Assembly (NCBI GenBank): GCA_964016885.1
Contig: OZ024746.1
Span: 19,096,001 to 19,160,000, forward strand
Direction of reading: 5' to 3'
From: Eledone cirrhosa
Lineage: Eukaryota
DNA length: 64,000 nucleotides
Shown: in pieces, positions 51,160 to 63,868 of the stretch
How the letters are laid out: every line of letters starts with the position of its first letter
Position numbering within the stretch: the first letter of the stretch is position 1
Position numbers and translations under genes: made by a program
The notes under the pieces: model-generated
What the model was told of the DNA's origin: nothing
Seen by the model: the letters and a program-made list of their open reading frames with translations, nothing else
Databases searched by the model: none

Positions 51160-51397
51160 ATTATACAGGTCCTTCTCAGTACAATGTCTCTCCACTTGTC
51201 ACAGCGATCTGAGATCAGCTCTTACCACTTACATCCAGGTCTTCCTTGGTCTAGCTCTACTGTGGCTTCCTTCCACTGGGATTATTTGGCACTTCTTCAC
51301 CCAACATTCATTATCCATGTTGACCACATGTCCATACCAACAAAGTCTCCTCTCCTGCACCCAGTACTTCTGATTCCTCTTAAACCCAGTTTCTTCT
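51160..51397 (-). mobile_element. decayed RTE LINE 3' fragment
   Basis: Minus-strand WYGHVVNMDNECWVKKCQIIPVEGSHSRARPRKTW. Confidence 0.8.
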
Positions 51398-51678
51398 GCA
51401 TGAATGAATAACTGTTTTACATCATTGTTTTAGCCTGACTTCTTTCATATGACATTGCTGGGATCTTTAACAAGTTCTTACATTTATTATATTATCTCCT
51501 TTTTTTTCAAGTCTAATTGAGGAATATCATTTTTCATTGATTTTTGTGTGGAAACCTTGAGTCAGGGTTTAAAGAGTTAAGTATAGGACTAACATTTTTT
51601 TTAGACTATGACGAAACAAAACATTAAAAAAAAAAATATTGTTTCGTTAACTTTTTTGAGAAAAAATATAAATGTTAA

Positions 51679-51940
51679 CCCTTTAATGTTCAAACCGGCC
51701 AAAACCGGCCAGAATTCTCTACCTTTTTCTGTTGAAACTGGCTGTAACTGGTCACTCAAACTGATGTTAAGGTATTGTTCTCAAAATAAATACTTTCAAA
51801 ATCTCATAGATTCGATATTATGTGAGATAATTATGCGAGGTAAAGCCTTTACCATGAAAATATGATAGTATATATAGAGTAATCATCATCATCATCTTCG
51901 TTTAACGTCCATTTTCCACGCTAATGTGATTGCTAAAGGG
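51679..51940 (+). mobile_element. piggyBac-type MITE P1 with a nested 38-bp retro-insertion
   Basis: TTAA flanks; near-identical to 2838-3057 apart from 51884-51921. Confidence 0.9.
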
Positions 51941-52409
51941 TTAACTTTAAATTTGATGTCTTAACTGTCTAAACAAAGGAGTGACTACCCCCAGAGATAC
52001 CATTGATCTATGTAGCAAAGGTGATGTAACAGTTTGTTTGTTGAGGTTAAAGTAAAGGTTAGCTTATATTATTCTCACAATATTTTCAATAAATATGTTT
52101 TTTATAATGAAATTTTTAAAAAAGAGTTTTTTATTTTTATTTTTAAAATGCTTTAAAGTCATATTGTGAAATTGTTCTTTCCTGGTTTTCTTTTGTAATA
52201 AACTGTTTTCTTCTTTCTATCTCTTTCACACACACTTCACATACATACATACATACATACAAACATACATACATACATAATATACACCTGCATACATATA
52301 TTCATATATTCATATACACATACACGCATACATACATTCATTCAAACATACATACACACACAGACACATACATATGTACATACATACATATGTACATGCA
52401 TGCTCCAGT

Positions 52410-52576
52410 ATACTCAACTGAAAATGAGTAACAGCAATAGCTGTGGATTTAAACCTGCAATGGACTAGCGCCCTGTCCAGTGGGGATGGAGTCTTGTACT
52501 CTCAGTCACGTCCAGCCATGTAAACCAGGATAAGCGTCAGCCTGATAAACCTCCGAGCTTGAGATAGACTTTGACT
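52410..52576 (+). mobile_element. SINE fragment, Meta/V-domain-like with L2-type tail
   Basis: cctgcaatggactagcgccctgtccagtgggg...aaaccaggataagc...gactttgact resembles invertebrate MetaSINE-type bodies (from recall, unverified). Confidence 0.45.
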
Positions 52577-52662
52577 CATAGACTTTAGAACTATTAAAAA
52601 AATAAGGAAGTCATTGCTCTTGATCAAACAAATATTCAGTTCTAACTATACAAGTGTCACCT

Positions 52663-52848
52663 TAAAAGTTCATAGGCTGACTATGAAGGAGTGATGCTAG
52701 AGCTGGGAAATCTTGCATGCATTAATTTTAATGCTTCTTTTTAATAACTCCATTGTTTCTTTCCAGGAACTATGTTAAAAAATAAGCCTCATTTGGTCAT
52801 TCCATGAGAGTATCTTGGTCAGACTATGAACTTTTCATCCGACCCTTG
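52663..52848 (-). mobile_element. mariner-type MITE M1
   Basis: Reverse match to 35525-35722. Confidence 0.8.
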
Positions 52849-52873
52849 TATGTATATATATATATATATATAT

Positions 52874-53230
52874 AGCAATGTGAAATAAAGTGTCTTGCTC
52901 AAGGAAACAACACATCACCCGGTTTGAGAATTGAAAGGTTGTGAGTTCAATTCTCAGACCGGGTGATGTGTTGTTTCCTTGAGCAAGACACTTTATTTCA
53001 CATTGCTCCAGTTTACTCAGTTGTAGAAATGAGATGATAGGGACTGGGGTCCATATCATTCCACTGCAAAGTGGTCATAGTGGTGCCACGGCAAAAAAGC
53101 ACCCAGCACTCACTGTAAATGAGGTTGGTGTTAGGAAGGGCATCCAGCTGTAGAAATCAAGCCAAAATCAGTTCCCGTCCCACCCTTGTAAGCAGGGAAA
53201 AAGCGGACGTAAAATGAAATGATGATGATG
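52874..53230 (+). mobile_element. CORE-type SINE C1 with 5' fold-back duplication
   Basis: 52936-53230 is a 5'-truncated C1 copy; 52874-52935 is the reverse complement of 52946-53007. Confidence 0.9.
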
Positions 53231-53240
53231 TGTGTGTGTG

Positions 53241-53437
53241 TGAAAGTCGGCTGAAAAGTTCATAGGCTGACTATAAAGGAGTGATGTTAGAGCTGTGAAA
53301 TCTTGCATACATTAATTTCAACTCTTCTTATTAATAACTGCATTGTTTCTTTCCAGGGACTATGTTAAAAAAATAAACCTCATTTGGTCATTCCATGAGA
53401 GTATCTTGGTCAGACTATGAACTTTTCAGCCGATCCT
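53241..53437 (-). mobile_element. mariner-type MITE M1
   Basis: TIRs gtcggctgaaaagttcataggctgac / gtcagactatgaacttttcagccga. Confidence 0.85.
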
Positions 53438-53858
53438 AATAGTGCAATTACCATTTTTTTTCACAGTAATCATAAAAAAATATATTCTCTCTATCTTCTG
53501 AAATCTTAAAAATTACAAAGCAATTGTTCATATACTTATAACATTTTGTTTTTCTAAAGGGCAAGACTTTTACATGAGTCAATTTACATTGATTAACTTT
53601 TTTTTCTTTTTAAACGAAACAGTTCAAATATCTAGTTCTGATCTACAGAGTTATCAACACTTGTTTCATTGAACGTCTTCCAATCATCTGCCATAACTGT
53701 TTAAATTCAGTTAGCAACAGTCATGGAGAGTGAAGTACTAGACATCGTGACCCCGGTGACTGTTATTAATGAATCTTGCAATATTTTACATTGGGAGAGG
53801 AAAAAAAAAACAGAAAAAGAAAAAATATCTGAAAAAAATGTTACTTCTGGTGGGTGTC

Positions 53859-53886
53859 ACTACTACTACTACTACTACTACTGCTA

Positions 53887-53967
<81 letters not shown>

Positions 53968-53992
53968 TTGCTGCTGCTGCTACTACTACTAT

Positions 53993-54075
<83 letters not shown>

Positions 54076-54102
54076 TTGCGCTGCTGCTGCTACTATTACT
54101 AT

Positions 54103-54200
<98 letters not shown>

Positions 54201-54367
54201 TTGCGCTGCTGCTATTGCAGCTATTACTGCTGCTGCTGCTGCTGCTACTGCTACTACTGCTACTACTACTGCTACTACTACTACTACTATTGCTGCTGCT
54301 GCTGATACTATTACTATTGCTGCTGCTGCTGCTGCTGTTGCTGCTATTGCTGCTGCTGCTGCTGCTG

Positions 54368-54423
<56 letters not shown>

Positions 54424-54455
54424 GTTACTGCTGTTGTTGCTGCTGCTGCTACTAC
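53859..54455. repeat. (TAC)n/(TGC)n compound microsatellite
   Basis: Directly visible; abuts the 3' end of the Expander-like fragment. Confidence 0.95.
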
Positions 54456-54652
54456 TTCTCCCCCCTCCTCTCCATTCTCCTCCTCCCGAGAGGATTGTGG
54501 GGCCAGAGTCCTCAAACGCTCCTTCCAGATGCTCCTATCAGAAGCAACTGTCTCCAATTGATCCAACTGGATTTTCAAGCAACACCAGTTGAGCTCATGG
54601 ATACTATCCAACCATTTTGCACAGGGTCTACCTCTGGGTCTCCTGCCAGTTG
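54456..54652 (-). mobile_element. Expander-like RTE LINE 3' end
   Basis: STGRRPRGRPCAKWLDSIHELNWCCLKIQLDQLETVASDRSIWKERLRTLAPQSS; similar to 46780-47100. Confidence 0.8.
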
Positions 54653-54653
54653 A

Positions 54654-55703
54654 TATCATCATCATCATCATCATCATCGTTTAGCGTCCATATTCCACGC
54701 TTGCATGGGTTTGGACGGGGGTTTTCCCACTTGAGGCAAGAGTGGTTGTCTTGCTCGCATAGGACTGTCTGGCGGGTTTTCTACGGCTGGATGCCCTTCC
54801 TAACACCAACCACATTTACAGTGTGGGGCTGGGAGGTTTTTACCGTGTTACCTACATGGCCACATTACAGCGTGGACTGTCTGGCGGGTTTTCTACGGCT
54901 GGATGCCCTTCCTAACACCAACCACATTTACAGTGTGGGACTGGGAGGTTTTTACCGTGTTACCTACACGGCCACATTACAGCGTGGACTGTCTGGCGGG
55001 TTTTCTACGGCTGGATGCCCTTCCTAACACCAACCACATTTACAGTGTGGAACTGGGAGGTTTTTACCGTGTTGCCTACACGGTCACATTACAGCGTGGA
55101 CTGTGTGGCGGGTTTTCTACGGCTGGATGCCCTTCCTAACACCAACCACGTTTACAGTGTGGGGCTGGGAGGTTTTTACCGTGTTGCCTACACGGCCACA
55201 TTACAGCGTGGACTGTCTGGCGGGTTTTCTACGGCTGGATGCCCTTCCTAACACCAACCACATTTACAGTGTGGGGCTGGGAGGTTTTTACCGTGTTGCC
55301 TACACGGCCACATTACAGCGTGGACTGTGTGGCGGGTTTTCTACGGCTGGATGCCCTTCCTAACACCAACCACATTTACAGTGTGGGTCTGGGAGGTTTT
55401 TACCGTGTTGCCTACACGGCCACATTACAGCGTGGACTGTGTGGCGGGTTTTCTACGGCTGGATGCCCTTCCTAACACCAACCACATTTACAGTGTGGGG
55501 CTGGGAGGTTTTTACCGTGTTGCCTACACGGCCACATTACAGCGTGGACTGTGTGTTTTTTGTCGTGACACCTACACGATCTCATTTGTTTCGGCCTGGA
55601 TGTTGTGGAACCAACATAACTTTACATTGAAAGAGGCGGTGTGGATGGGGTGAGGGTAGTGGGACAGGAGTGTATTTTGTTAGAGGTGCCTACTGACTGT
55701 AGT
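54654..55703 (-). mobile_element. RTE 3' UTR copy containing 7 tandem 112-bp modules (54762-55545)
   Basis: Flanks match 42661-43045; ggactgt recurs every 112 bp from 54762 to 55546. Confidence 0.92.
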
Positions 55704-55874
55704 AGGTTGATATACATTTCACAATATCACACAATCTCATTTCTTTGTTTCTCTGCCCTGCAAGAAATCCCTATAACAAGTAACTACTTGTTCAATGTTG
55801 CAGACATGTAAATTGAGTGACTCAGTGTTTGATTGATGATTGACACAACATACCTTTCATCAATCGTTTGGGTC

Positions 55875-56837
55875 CCACTGGTGTAGCCAGTCATTGGGGC
55901 CCCATTCTAGATGTGCCACTGGTGTAGCCAGTCATTGGGGCCCCATTCTAGATGTGCCACTGGTACAGCCAGTTGTTGGGGTGCCACTCTAGATATGCCA
56001 CTGGTACAGCCAGTTGTTGGGGTGTGCCACTCTAGATGTGCCACTGGTACAGCCAGTTGTTGGGGTGTGCCACTCTAGATATGCCACTGGTACAGCCAGT
56101 TGTTGGGGTGTGCCACTCTAGATGTGCCACTGGTACAGCCAGTTGTTGGGGGGTGCTACTCTAGATGTGCCACTGGTACAGCCAGTTGTTGGGGTGTGCC
56201 ACTCTAGATGTGCCACTGGTACAGCCAGTTGTTGGGGTGTGCTACTCTAGATGTGCCACTGGTACAGCCAGTTGTTGGGGTGTGCCACTCTAGATGTGCC
56301 ACTGGTACAGCCAGTTGTTGGGGGGTGCTACTCTAGATGTGCCACTGGTACAGCCAGTTGTTGGGGTGTGCCACTCTAGATGTGCCACTGGTACAGCCAG
56401 ATGTTGGGGGGTGCTACTCTAGATGTGCCACTGGTACAGCCAGTTGTTGGGGTGCTACTCTAGATGTGCCACTGGTACAGCCAGTTGTTGGGGTGCCACT
56501 CTAGATATGCCACTGGTACAGCCAGTTGTTGGGATGCCACTCTAGATGTGCCACTGGTACAGCCAGTTGTTGGGGTGCTACTCTAGATGTGCCACTGGTA
56601 CCGCCAGTTGTTGGGGTGCTACTCTAGATGTGCCACTGGTACAGCCAGTTGTTGGGGTGCTACTCTAGATGTGCCACTGGTACAGCCAGTTGTTGGGGTG
56701 TGCTACTCTAGATGTGCCACTGGTACAGCCAGTCGTTGGGGTGTGACTTTAGATGTGCCACTGGTGCAACTAGTCGTTGGGTTGCCACTCTAGATGTGCC
56801 ACTGGTGCAGCCAGTCGTTGGGGTGTGACTTTAGATG
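55875..56837. repeat. minisatellite, 41/43-bp unit, ~23 copies
   Basis: ctagatgtgccactggtacagccagttgttggggt(gt)gccact. Confidence 0.97.
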
Positions 56838-56863
56838 ATTTTGATTCCTTTAAAAAGCTGAGG

Positions 56864-57049
56864 CAGTGCTGGACTTATCTATAAGCTAAATAAGCTATAA
56901 CTTAGGGTCACACACTCTCGGGGGTCTCAATTTTTTAAAATCTTATTTTATTTTATCATTAGTTTTTATTCTTTAACACTAAATCATCAAACATTAGAGC
57001 CTCGAATTTCATATAACTTAGGGTCTCAGGAGATGACAGTCTGGCCCTG
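56864..57049. mobile_element. hAT-type MITE
   Basis: Ends cagtgctgga / tctggccctg; flanks agctgagg / agctgagt (7 of 8 match, 8-bp TSD). Confidence 0.7.
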
Positions 57050-57959
57050 AGCTGAGTCTATGTGACACCAAAATAATCCATTTCATTATTATGTCATTAA
57101 GGCTATTAATGAATTATTTATTTAGTTTGTAAATTATTTCTCATGCTTTCATCACTAGTACCAGAATAGAGATAGTAGTTAGTTAGTGACATGAAAAATA
57201 ACAAACTAGTTCACGATTTGACATGTTCTCTTGCTAATAAGACTCAAAGAAATAATATATAGTTGCCAGAAATAAGACTAATTTAAGAACAGTCTTGTGA
57301 CATCTCATTAAAAACCCTTGTGTCACATTCAATACCTAAATATTTTTGATGAGATGCTGTTTTATTCTATAAATTGCTTTATAGCTTTGAAGTATTCTAA
57401 AATTATATACATTGAAAATTATTCTTTTTTTCATTATTTTCTTTTCTTTTGAATAATTGAAAATATTTCTTTTTTTTTTGTTTTTCTTCATTATTTTCAT
57501 CTTTTTTATTCTATCTATTTATTTACCTATTTTATTTTATCATTCCTTAGTTGTTATTGTTGTTGTTTTTATTCCCCCCCACCTGATACACACACTCCTT
57601 GCTTCTCAAAAATGCAGTCAGTGCTGTGCTGATTTCACTACATTTTGTAATATTTGCCATCAAAAAATTACCTGCAAATATATTTTACCTGCCAAATCTT
57701 TTTTTTTCTTCAAATTTTGGCATTTTATATTTTATATATTTTGTATATTCGTTATATTTTATATATTTATTACTCGACCATCTTCGATTTTTATCTTACG
57801 TAGCAAGTTACCATGGAAACGACTCATAAATAATTATAAATCAAACTAAAAGAACACATAAAAAATTACTTTTATGTCGTATATGTAGGTGAAACATTTG
57901 ATTTTGTTAGTCCAGAGTTCACGGTTAAAAGAACTTCACAAAGGTAAAATGAATACAGG

Positions 57960-58345
57960 TATACAAGTATACATGTACGCATATGATGATACACATTCAA
58001 TCATTCACAGGTATGTATATATGTGTATACATACACACATAATAAATTATATATACACAGTCATTTTAAGAAATACACTTAACCATATAAGTAAGTATGT
58101 TTGTATGTATGTACGTATGTATGTGTGTGTGTGTACAGAAATATCTTACACAGGTATGCATGTACACATACACATACTGAATCATATATACACAGTCATT
58201 TTAAGAAATAGACTTACACATATAAGCATGTATGTGTATGCATGCGTGTATATACACAAAAACCTACACATGTATGTATACACATACACACATACAGAAC
58301 CATATATCATACACACAGTCATTTTTAAGAAATACATTTACATAT
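57960..58345. repeat. degenerate ~125-135-bp tandem repeat x3
   Basis: acacagtcattttaagaaata recurs at ~58055, ~58190 and ~58312. Confidence 0.7.
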
Positions 58346-58414
58346 ATAAGTAAGTATGTATATGTATGAGAGTATATACACAAATATGTTTGTATATATG
58401 CATGTATGTATAAC

Positions 58415-58900
58415 CTGTCCCATGGTCGGGTCGTTGGCGACTAAACTGGCAACCCCACCAAGGTTTCTTGGTGAGGAGGGTGACTTTGGACATCCTGCAG
58501 GACTAAAAACAAAACCTGTCAAAGAGCAAAGGAGCTCTTAAGAGTCAATGCCCATCCAAAATCACCAGGAGAGATGACCCCTTAGCCTTTGTCAAGGCAG
58601 AATTCTAGGAGAAGGAAAACTCTGATATAACACCTGCAACCCTGATGGTATCCAATGATGTTGACTTGTTCTTCTTTTTGGTAAATATCATCTTGGTTAA
58701 GAGAGTGGGGCTGGCTTTGTGCAGTGCCTTTGCTCACTATAAAAGCTTCACGGCACAGGCATTGCTTTATATCTGTAGATCTCTCTGCACTTGTCATCAC
58801 ATGGTACCATGGGCCCAGCACTATGTGTCAATAATTGTCACAAGTGTAGTGTTTGTACCAGAGTTTTCAAGTCGCTGGCTGGACTAAAAAGTGACACTTG
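58415..58900 (+). mobile_element. probable RTE-type LINE 5' region
   Basis: Contains tctaggagaaggaaaactctga, a motif recalled from RTE 5' UTRs (unverified); paralogous to 39918-40170. Confidence 0.45.
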
Positions 58901-59600
58901 TTCAGCGCATCGGTAGGGGTTCTCCTACATGGATATAAAGTAGTGGCCGTACTCGAAAACGAGTTGGCAGCCACCATGTATATAGGTATGGATGTATATA
59001 AATATATATATTGAAGGATGAGTATTTTAAACTTTATTTTATTCTGAGTTAAGGCTCTATTGATTTTTCCCTGGATTTCACTAAATTCTGTGGATGAATC
59101 TATGTCCTGATTCTTTTTGAATTGAGTTTGAATTATTTTCCCACATCTTACGTTAACTATTTTTCCATATTGATGTTATAGTCACTTATATACTATGAAA
59201 TACTGTTGGCTTCTTGCTCACAATAATTTCTATACTTTTCATTTATATGTATATATGTATATATGTATGTATATGTAAATATGTTTGTATGTATGAATGT
59301 ACATACATATGTATATGTGTATATTTTTGGTGTATATTTTTGTATAAATTTATTATTCTTGAAAGTTCTCATGACAAAGAAAGAGTTTACAACTGAGAAA
59401 CAAGGTTACTTTGTTGAAATTCACCAATAACAAGTCAATAGAATCAATCACATGCTGAACTTTAGAAATGTCTTGAATTAATTAGTGTGCTGCTGCTTTT
59501 CTTGTTGTTGATGATGATGGTTATAGGGGTTTTTTGTGGTAATGGCATGGCAATTGTGATGCTGATAGTGATAGCCATGGTGTGGTGGTGGCAATGATGA

Positions 59601-59631
<31 letters not shown>

Positions 59632-59819
59632 GTTGACAATGATGTTGATGACGACAAAAATGATGGTGATAATTATGACAATGAGGATGATGATGATGAT
59701 GATGATGACAACGATGATGATGGTGATGGCAATGATGATGATGGTGATGGCAATGATGATGATGACGATGAACTAAGCTATGTTAGTCATACCAATAAAT
59801 CCCACTGTAAAATGTGTCT

Positions 59820-60164
59820 CAGTAGCCCCCCAGTATTTGCGGGGGTTATGCTCCTGGAGCACCCGTGAAAAGTGAAAAACCGCAAATATTAGACATGGTC
59901 CATAAAAATGCCTATAAATATCAAAATATAATAAAAATAGAGGGAGTGTTTTATGTGAAGGGGCGTCCAATAGGCCAGCAAATACTGTATATTGTTATTT
60001 ATAATTTAGCGTTAAAAATATTTATATTGCCATGAAAACGGCATAAAAAAATTGTGGAAGATATTTATGATTCTGCGAATATGCAGTGGTTTTCATGAAC
60101 AATTATTAGTTAGGTTCTAAGGAAAATTCCGCAAATAAACAGGACTATGAATGCCAGGGGTACA

Positions 60165-60167
<3 letters not shown>
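59820..60167. mobile_element. Tigger/pogo-like MITE
   Basis: Starts cagtagccccccagtatttgcggggg and ends gccaggggtacactg-ta; TIRs are imperfect. Confidence 0.6.
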
Positions 60168-60226
<59 letters not shown>

Positions 60227-60294
60227 CAGAATAAATATGCATGAAATTTGTGAAGTTGCTCTTTCTGTCAGGAATTATGAGCAGTAAATAGTAT

Positions 60295-60685
60295 TCATCA
60301 TCATCATCATCATCATCATCGTTTAACGTCCGTGTTCCATGCTTGCATGGGTTTGGACGGGAGTTTTCCCACTTGAGGCAAGAGTGGTTGTCTTGCTCGC
60401 ATAGGACTGTCTGGCGGGTTTTCTACAGTTGGATGCCCTTCCTAACACCAACCACATTTACAGTGTGGGGCTGGGACGTTTTTACCGTGTTGCCTACACG
60501 GCCACATTACAGCGTGGACTGTCTGGCGGGTTTTCTACAGCTGGATGCCCTTCCTAACACCAACCACATTTACAGTGTGGGACTGGGACGTTTTTACCGT
60601 GTTGCCTACACGGTCACATTACAGCGTGGACTGTGTGTTTTTTTTTTGTCGTGACACCTACACGATCTCATTTGTTTCGGCCTGT
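60295..60685 (-). mobile_element. RTE 3' UTR copy with 2 tandem 112-bp modules
   Basis: Same flanks as 54654-55600. Confidence 0.9.
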
Positions 60686-60984
60686 GGAAATACAAATGGA
60701 AACATTGTATTCTTTGGTTCAATTTGATAAGCAAATGAGATCTGGGATCTTGTTGATTGTTTCAATCAATTGAGATTATATTTTATCCTTCTATGTTTTA
60801 GTTTTCTTTTCTACTTTATGAAATACTAAGAAATAGTAGGGAATAATAGTCTTTTCTCCAATTAGTAACTCATATATGACACAATTTTAGGCCAATAAAA
60901 ACAATTGATTCATGACTTGCAGTTAAACATGAACTAATCAATTATATATACCCAGTTTTTTATTTTACTTTTAGTAGTCCCATA

Positions 60985-61430
60985 ATTCCCAAGGGAGTCA
61001 TAAGGATGCTGTATTGACATATGGTGTTTCTAGGGTATTTTTATTTTAAACCTGGTGGAGCTCATCTCCTCTCCAGGTCTGAATAAAGTAGATTTCTTCC
61101 AGAGAAGGATAGAGAGAGTGAGAGAGGAAGTGAGAAAGAGGTATAGAAGAAGAATTGACTCCCAGTACTAGACTGGTGCTTTTTTAAAAATCAATCTCTC
61201 AATTTTCAGTACAATATACTGCAGTAAATCATTATATACTGTATGTGTGACCTATCTCAATTTTCAGTACAGTAGGTTGATAGAAAAATGTACCACTCAA
61301 GTACTGGGGTTGATTCTTAAATCTTCTATATTCAAACCTAGAGAGGAGATGGGCTTTGCCAGGTTTAAGAAAATGCTCTAGAAATGCTGTATGTCAATAT
61401 GGCACCCCTACGAATCTCTCGGAAATTACC
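60985..61430. mobile_element. two SINE family B fragments in opposite orientation
   Basis: 60985-61195 on the minus strand and ~61275-61430 on the plus strand. Confidence 0.7.
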
Positions 61431-62080
61431 AGTCAATACATACATACTGCAGTGAATCATTATATACTGTAATAAAGTTTTGTGAAATTGAAGTATTATG
61501 TCATCCTGACAAACCAACTCTTGGTGGAGCTAATGCATATAGCCTTGACAATATATCATATCAGCCATATTTTCAACGACTCACAACCCAAAATGGAGAC
61601 TTACAAAGACCATTATTAGCAGTAAATAGTACTTTTATTAGCCTGATAATTGCAGCATTGTCTGTCCTAGAAATAGTATAATTAAACTGTTATTTTGTAA
61701 GCTAATAGTATCTGATTAAATTATCTCTAATTTTAATGGTTTGCATTTCTTTTTACATATTTTCTCTTTTCCTCCTCGTTTTAACCTGATATTTACTAAG
61801 ACAAAAAAATACACATAAAAAATATTTATTTGTTTTTCCAAATTTTCAGTCATATCTCATGTTACTCTCTTCGGTGTTCCTGTTTTTCATTACCATATTA
61901 AAGATATTCACCGCAGAAAGACAAGCTGGAGTAAATAGACAAACAAGATCAGAACAAAGAGAAGACAAAGAGGAGCAAGAATAGTCAATGAGAAAGTCAC
62001 ATGATGTGTGACAAAAGAGCTTTGACAATTAAACAATTACCTGATTTCTAAACTAACTGAAAAATGGATTAGTGACTTAA

Positions 62081-62288
62081 CCCCCTAGCATTTAAACCAG
62101 CCATATCCGGCCAGAATTCTCTCGCTTCTTTTTGTTCAAACCATGTATAATGGGGTGCTCATACTTATCTTAAGGTATTGTTCTCAAAATAAATAATATC
62201 CAAATCTCGTAGATTCGATATTATGTGAGATAAAGTGTTTACTGTGAAAATACAATAGTAAATATAGAGTAATGTAAATGCTAAAGGG
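62081..62288 (+). mobile_element. piggyBac-type MITE P1
   Basis: TTAA flanks; ccccctagcattta / taaatgctaaaggg. Confidence 0.85.
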
Positions 62289-63163
62289 TTAACTAATAAT
62301 AAATTGAAGTGAAACTCAACTGGTGTGTGTATGCTTCAACACACGATTTCACATCAAGAATCTTGCAAAAGAAAAAAATAAAGTATATATATATATATAC
62401 TTAAACACCAATGGGCTTTTTATTGTTTATATAACTTATTCCATTTTAAGAACTACTGCTTTAGATTGCATATCCTGCTGGTAAAAGAAAAAAACAGAAA
62501 AGGTCATCTTATTTTTGTTTTTGAGAAATTTCCTGTTCCGTTCTTTTAGCTTTTTACACATTTAAGATAAAATTGTTTTGTTATTTTCTTTCTCCCAGTT
62601 TTACAAGGATGTACAGGATTTTCACACACAGAGCTATAAATATAAAAAATAAAAGAATAACTAACTGTAATGGAAAATATTCCTTGGAAAATTTGGCTTC
62701 TCTCATAAGAACTGTAGCAACTGCTACAGTTTTGAGATGTTTGGTATTTATAAGCAAGTGGCACCATTCTCAATGATAACATTGTTTGATGAAATATATA
62801 GATATTAGAGAGAAAAATATATCATTTAGGTATAAACAAACGTTTTTTTGTTTGTTTGTTATTTTTACAACTACATTTATGGAGCTATTTTTATTCTGCT
62901 CTTTCACAGATTGGTAAGAGGTGGGGGTGGGGGCAACATTCTTTATGATAAAATCATAAGTCTTCATATCACCCACACTATATCTCGGAATAACACCACC
63001 CCTCCCTCAAGGCATTACGACTTCATGTGATACCAAGTACTATTTACTAAGTGTTAAATAAAAAACAAAAAAAAAAGGTTAATCTTCGATAAAACACCCA
63101 CCTCCAAGTTCTGTTTTTAGCATTTTTTCCACCCGTTATTATTATTATTTTTTTTTTTTTACG

Positions 63164-63380
63164 TATACTTTTAACTAATCTGACCTCCAAATGCATCACA
63201 AATTACTTTTTTTTCTGGAAGAAAAGGGGTGAGGTGATCCTCGGAATTTCTCATCCACAGGTTATCTTTAGGGGTATTTTTGTTTCTTTTCCAGGTTATT
63301 TCGTAGGGTTAGGGTTACCCCATTTTTTCTGGAAAAAAAATCACTTGAGACATCTTTGGAGCTGAGATTAGTTGAAAATA
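63164..63380. mobile_element. degenerate fold-back element
   Basis: tatacttttaactaatct...ttttctggaagaaaaggggt pairs imperfectly with accccattttttctggaaaa...agattagttgaaaatac; internal tagggttagggtta. Confidence 0.55.
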
Positions 63381-63663
63381 CCCACAAAAAAACGGAATTA
63401 AAAATGGGTGTTTTTTTCAAAAGGGAGTTGCTACATAGTAGCCAGCTATGCTAGAAATACTAGCCAAATCTTTCCATTTTCAAAAAAAGGAGAAATTTTT
63501 GTGTGCTTTCGAAGTCAGATTCGACGAAAGCACATGGAATATCCTGGAAAAGAAAAAAAAGTTTCCGAAAGGAAACTCTGTAGGTGGAATTGAACCTACA
63601 ACATTATGATCGTAAGTCCACCACACTTACCACTAAGCCATGTACCACCACTAAATAATGACT

Positions 63664-63868
63664 TCTACTTTAAGGCACAAGGCCAGCAATTTTTGGGGAG
63701 GGGGAGAAAGTCGATTAAATCAACTCCAGTGCATTACTGGTACTTTATTTTATCAACTCCCTAAGGATGAAAGGCAAAGCTAACCTAGGCGGGGTTTGAA
63801 CTCCCAATGTAACTCTATGCCATGAAGCAGGATGTCCGGCGCTCTACCGATACTGTCAATTCACCCCC
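63664..63868 (-). mobile_element. tRNA-derived SINE, family A
   Basis: Match to the family A consensus. Confidence 0.85.

Noticed and set aside
53723-54592. Poly-L/T/Y/C ORFs (similar ones at 15131-15590, 33947-34402, 41869-42543, 59582-59776)
   Set aside because: Translations of microsatellites.
63570-63646. tRNA-like sequence on the minus strand (also heads at 45545-45618 and 34469-34540)
   Set aside because: A/B boxes are present but there is no convincing cloverleaf; these are interpreted as SINE heads, not tRNA genes.
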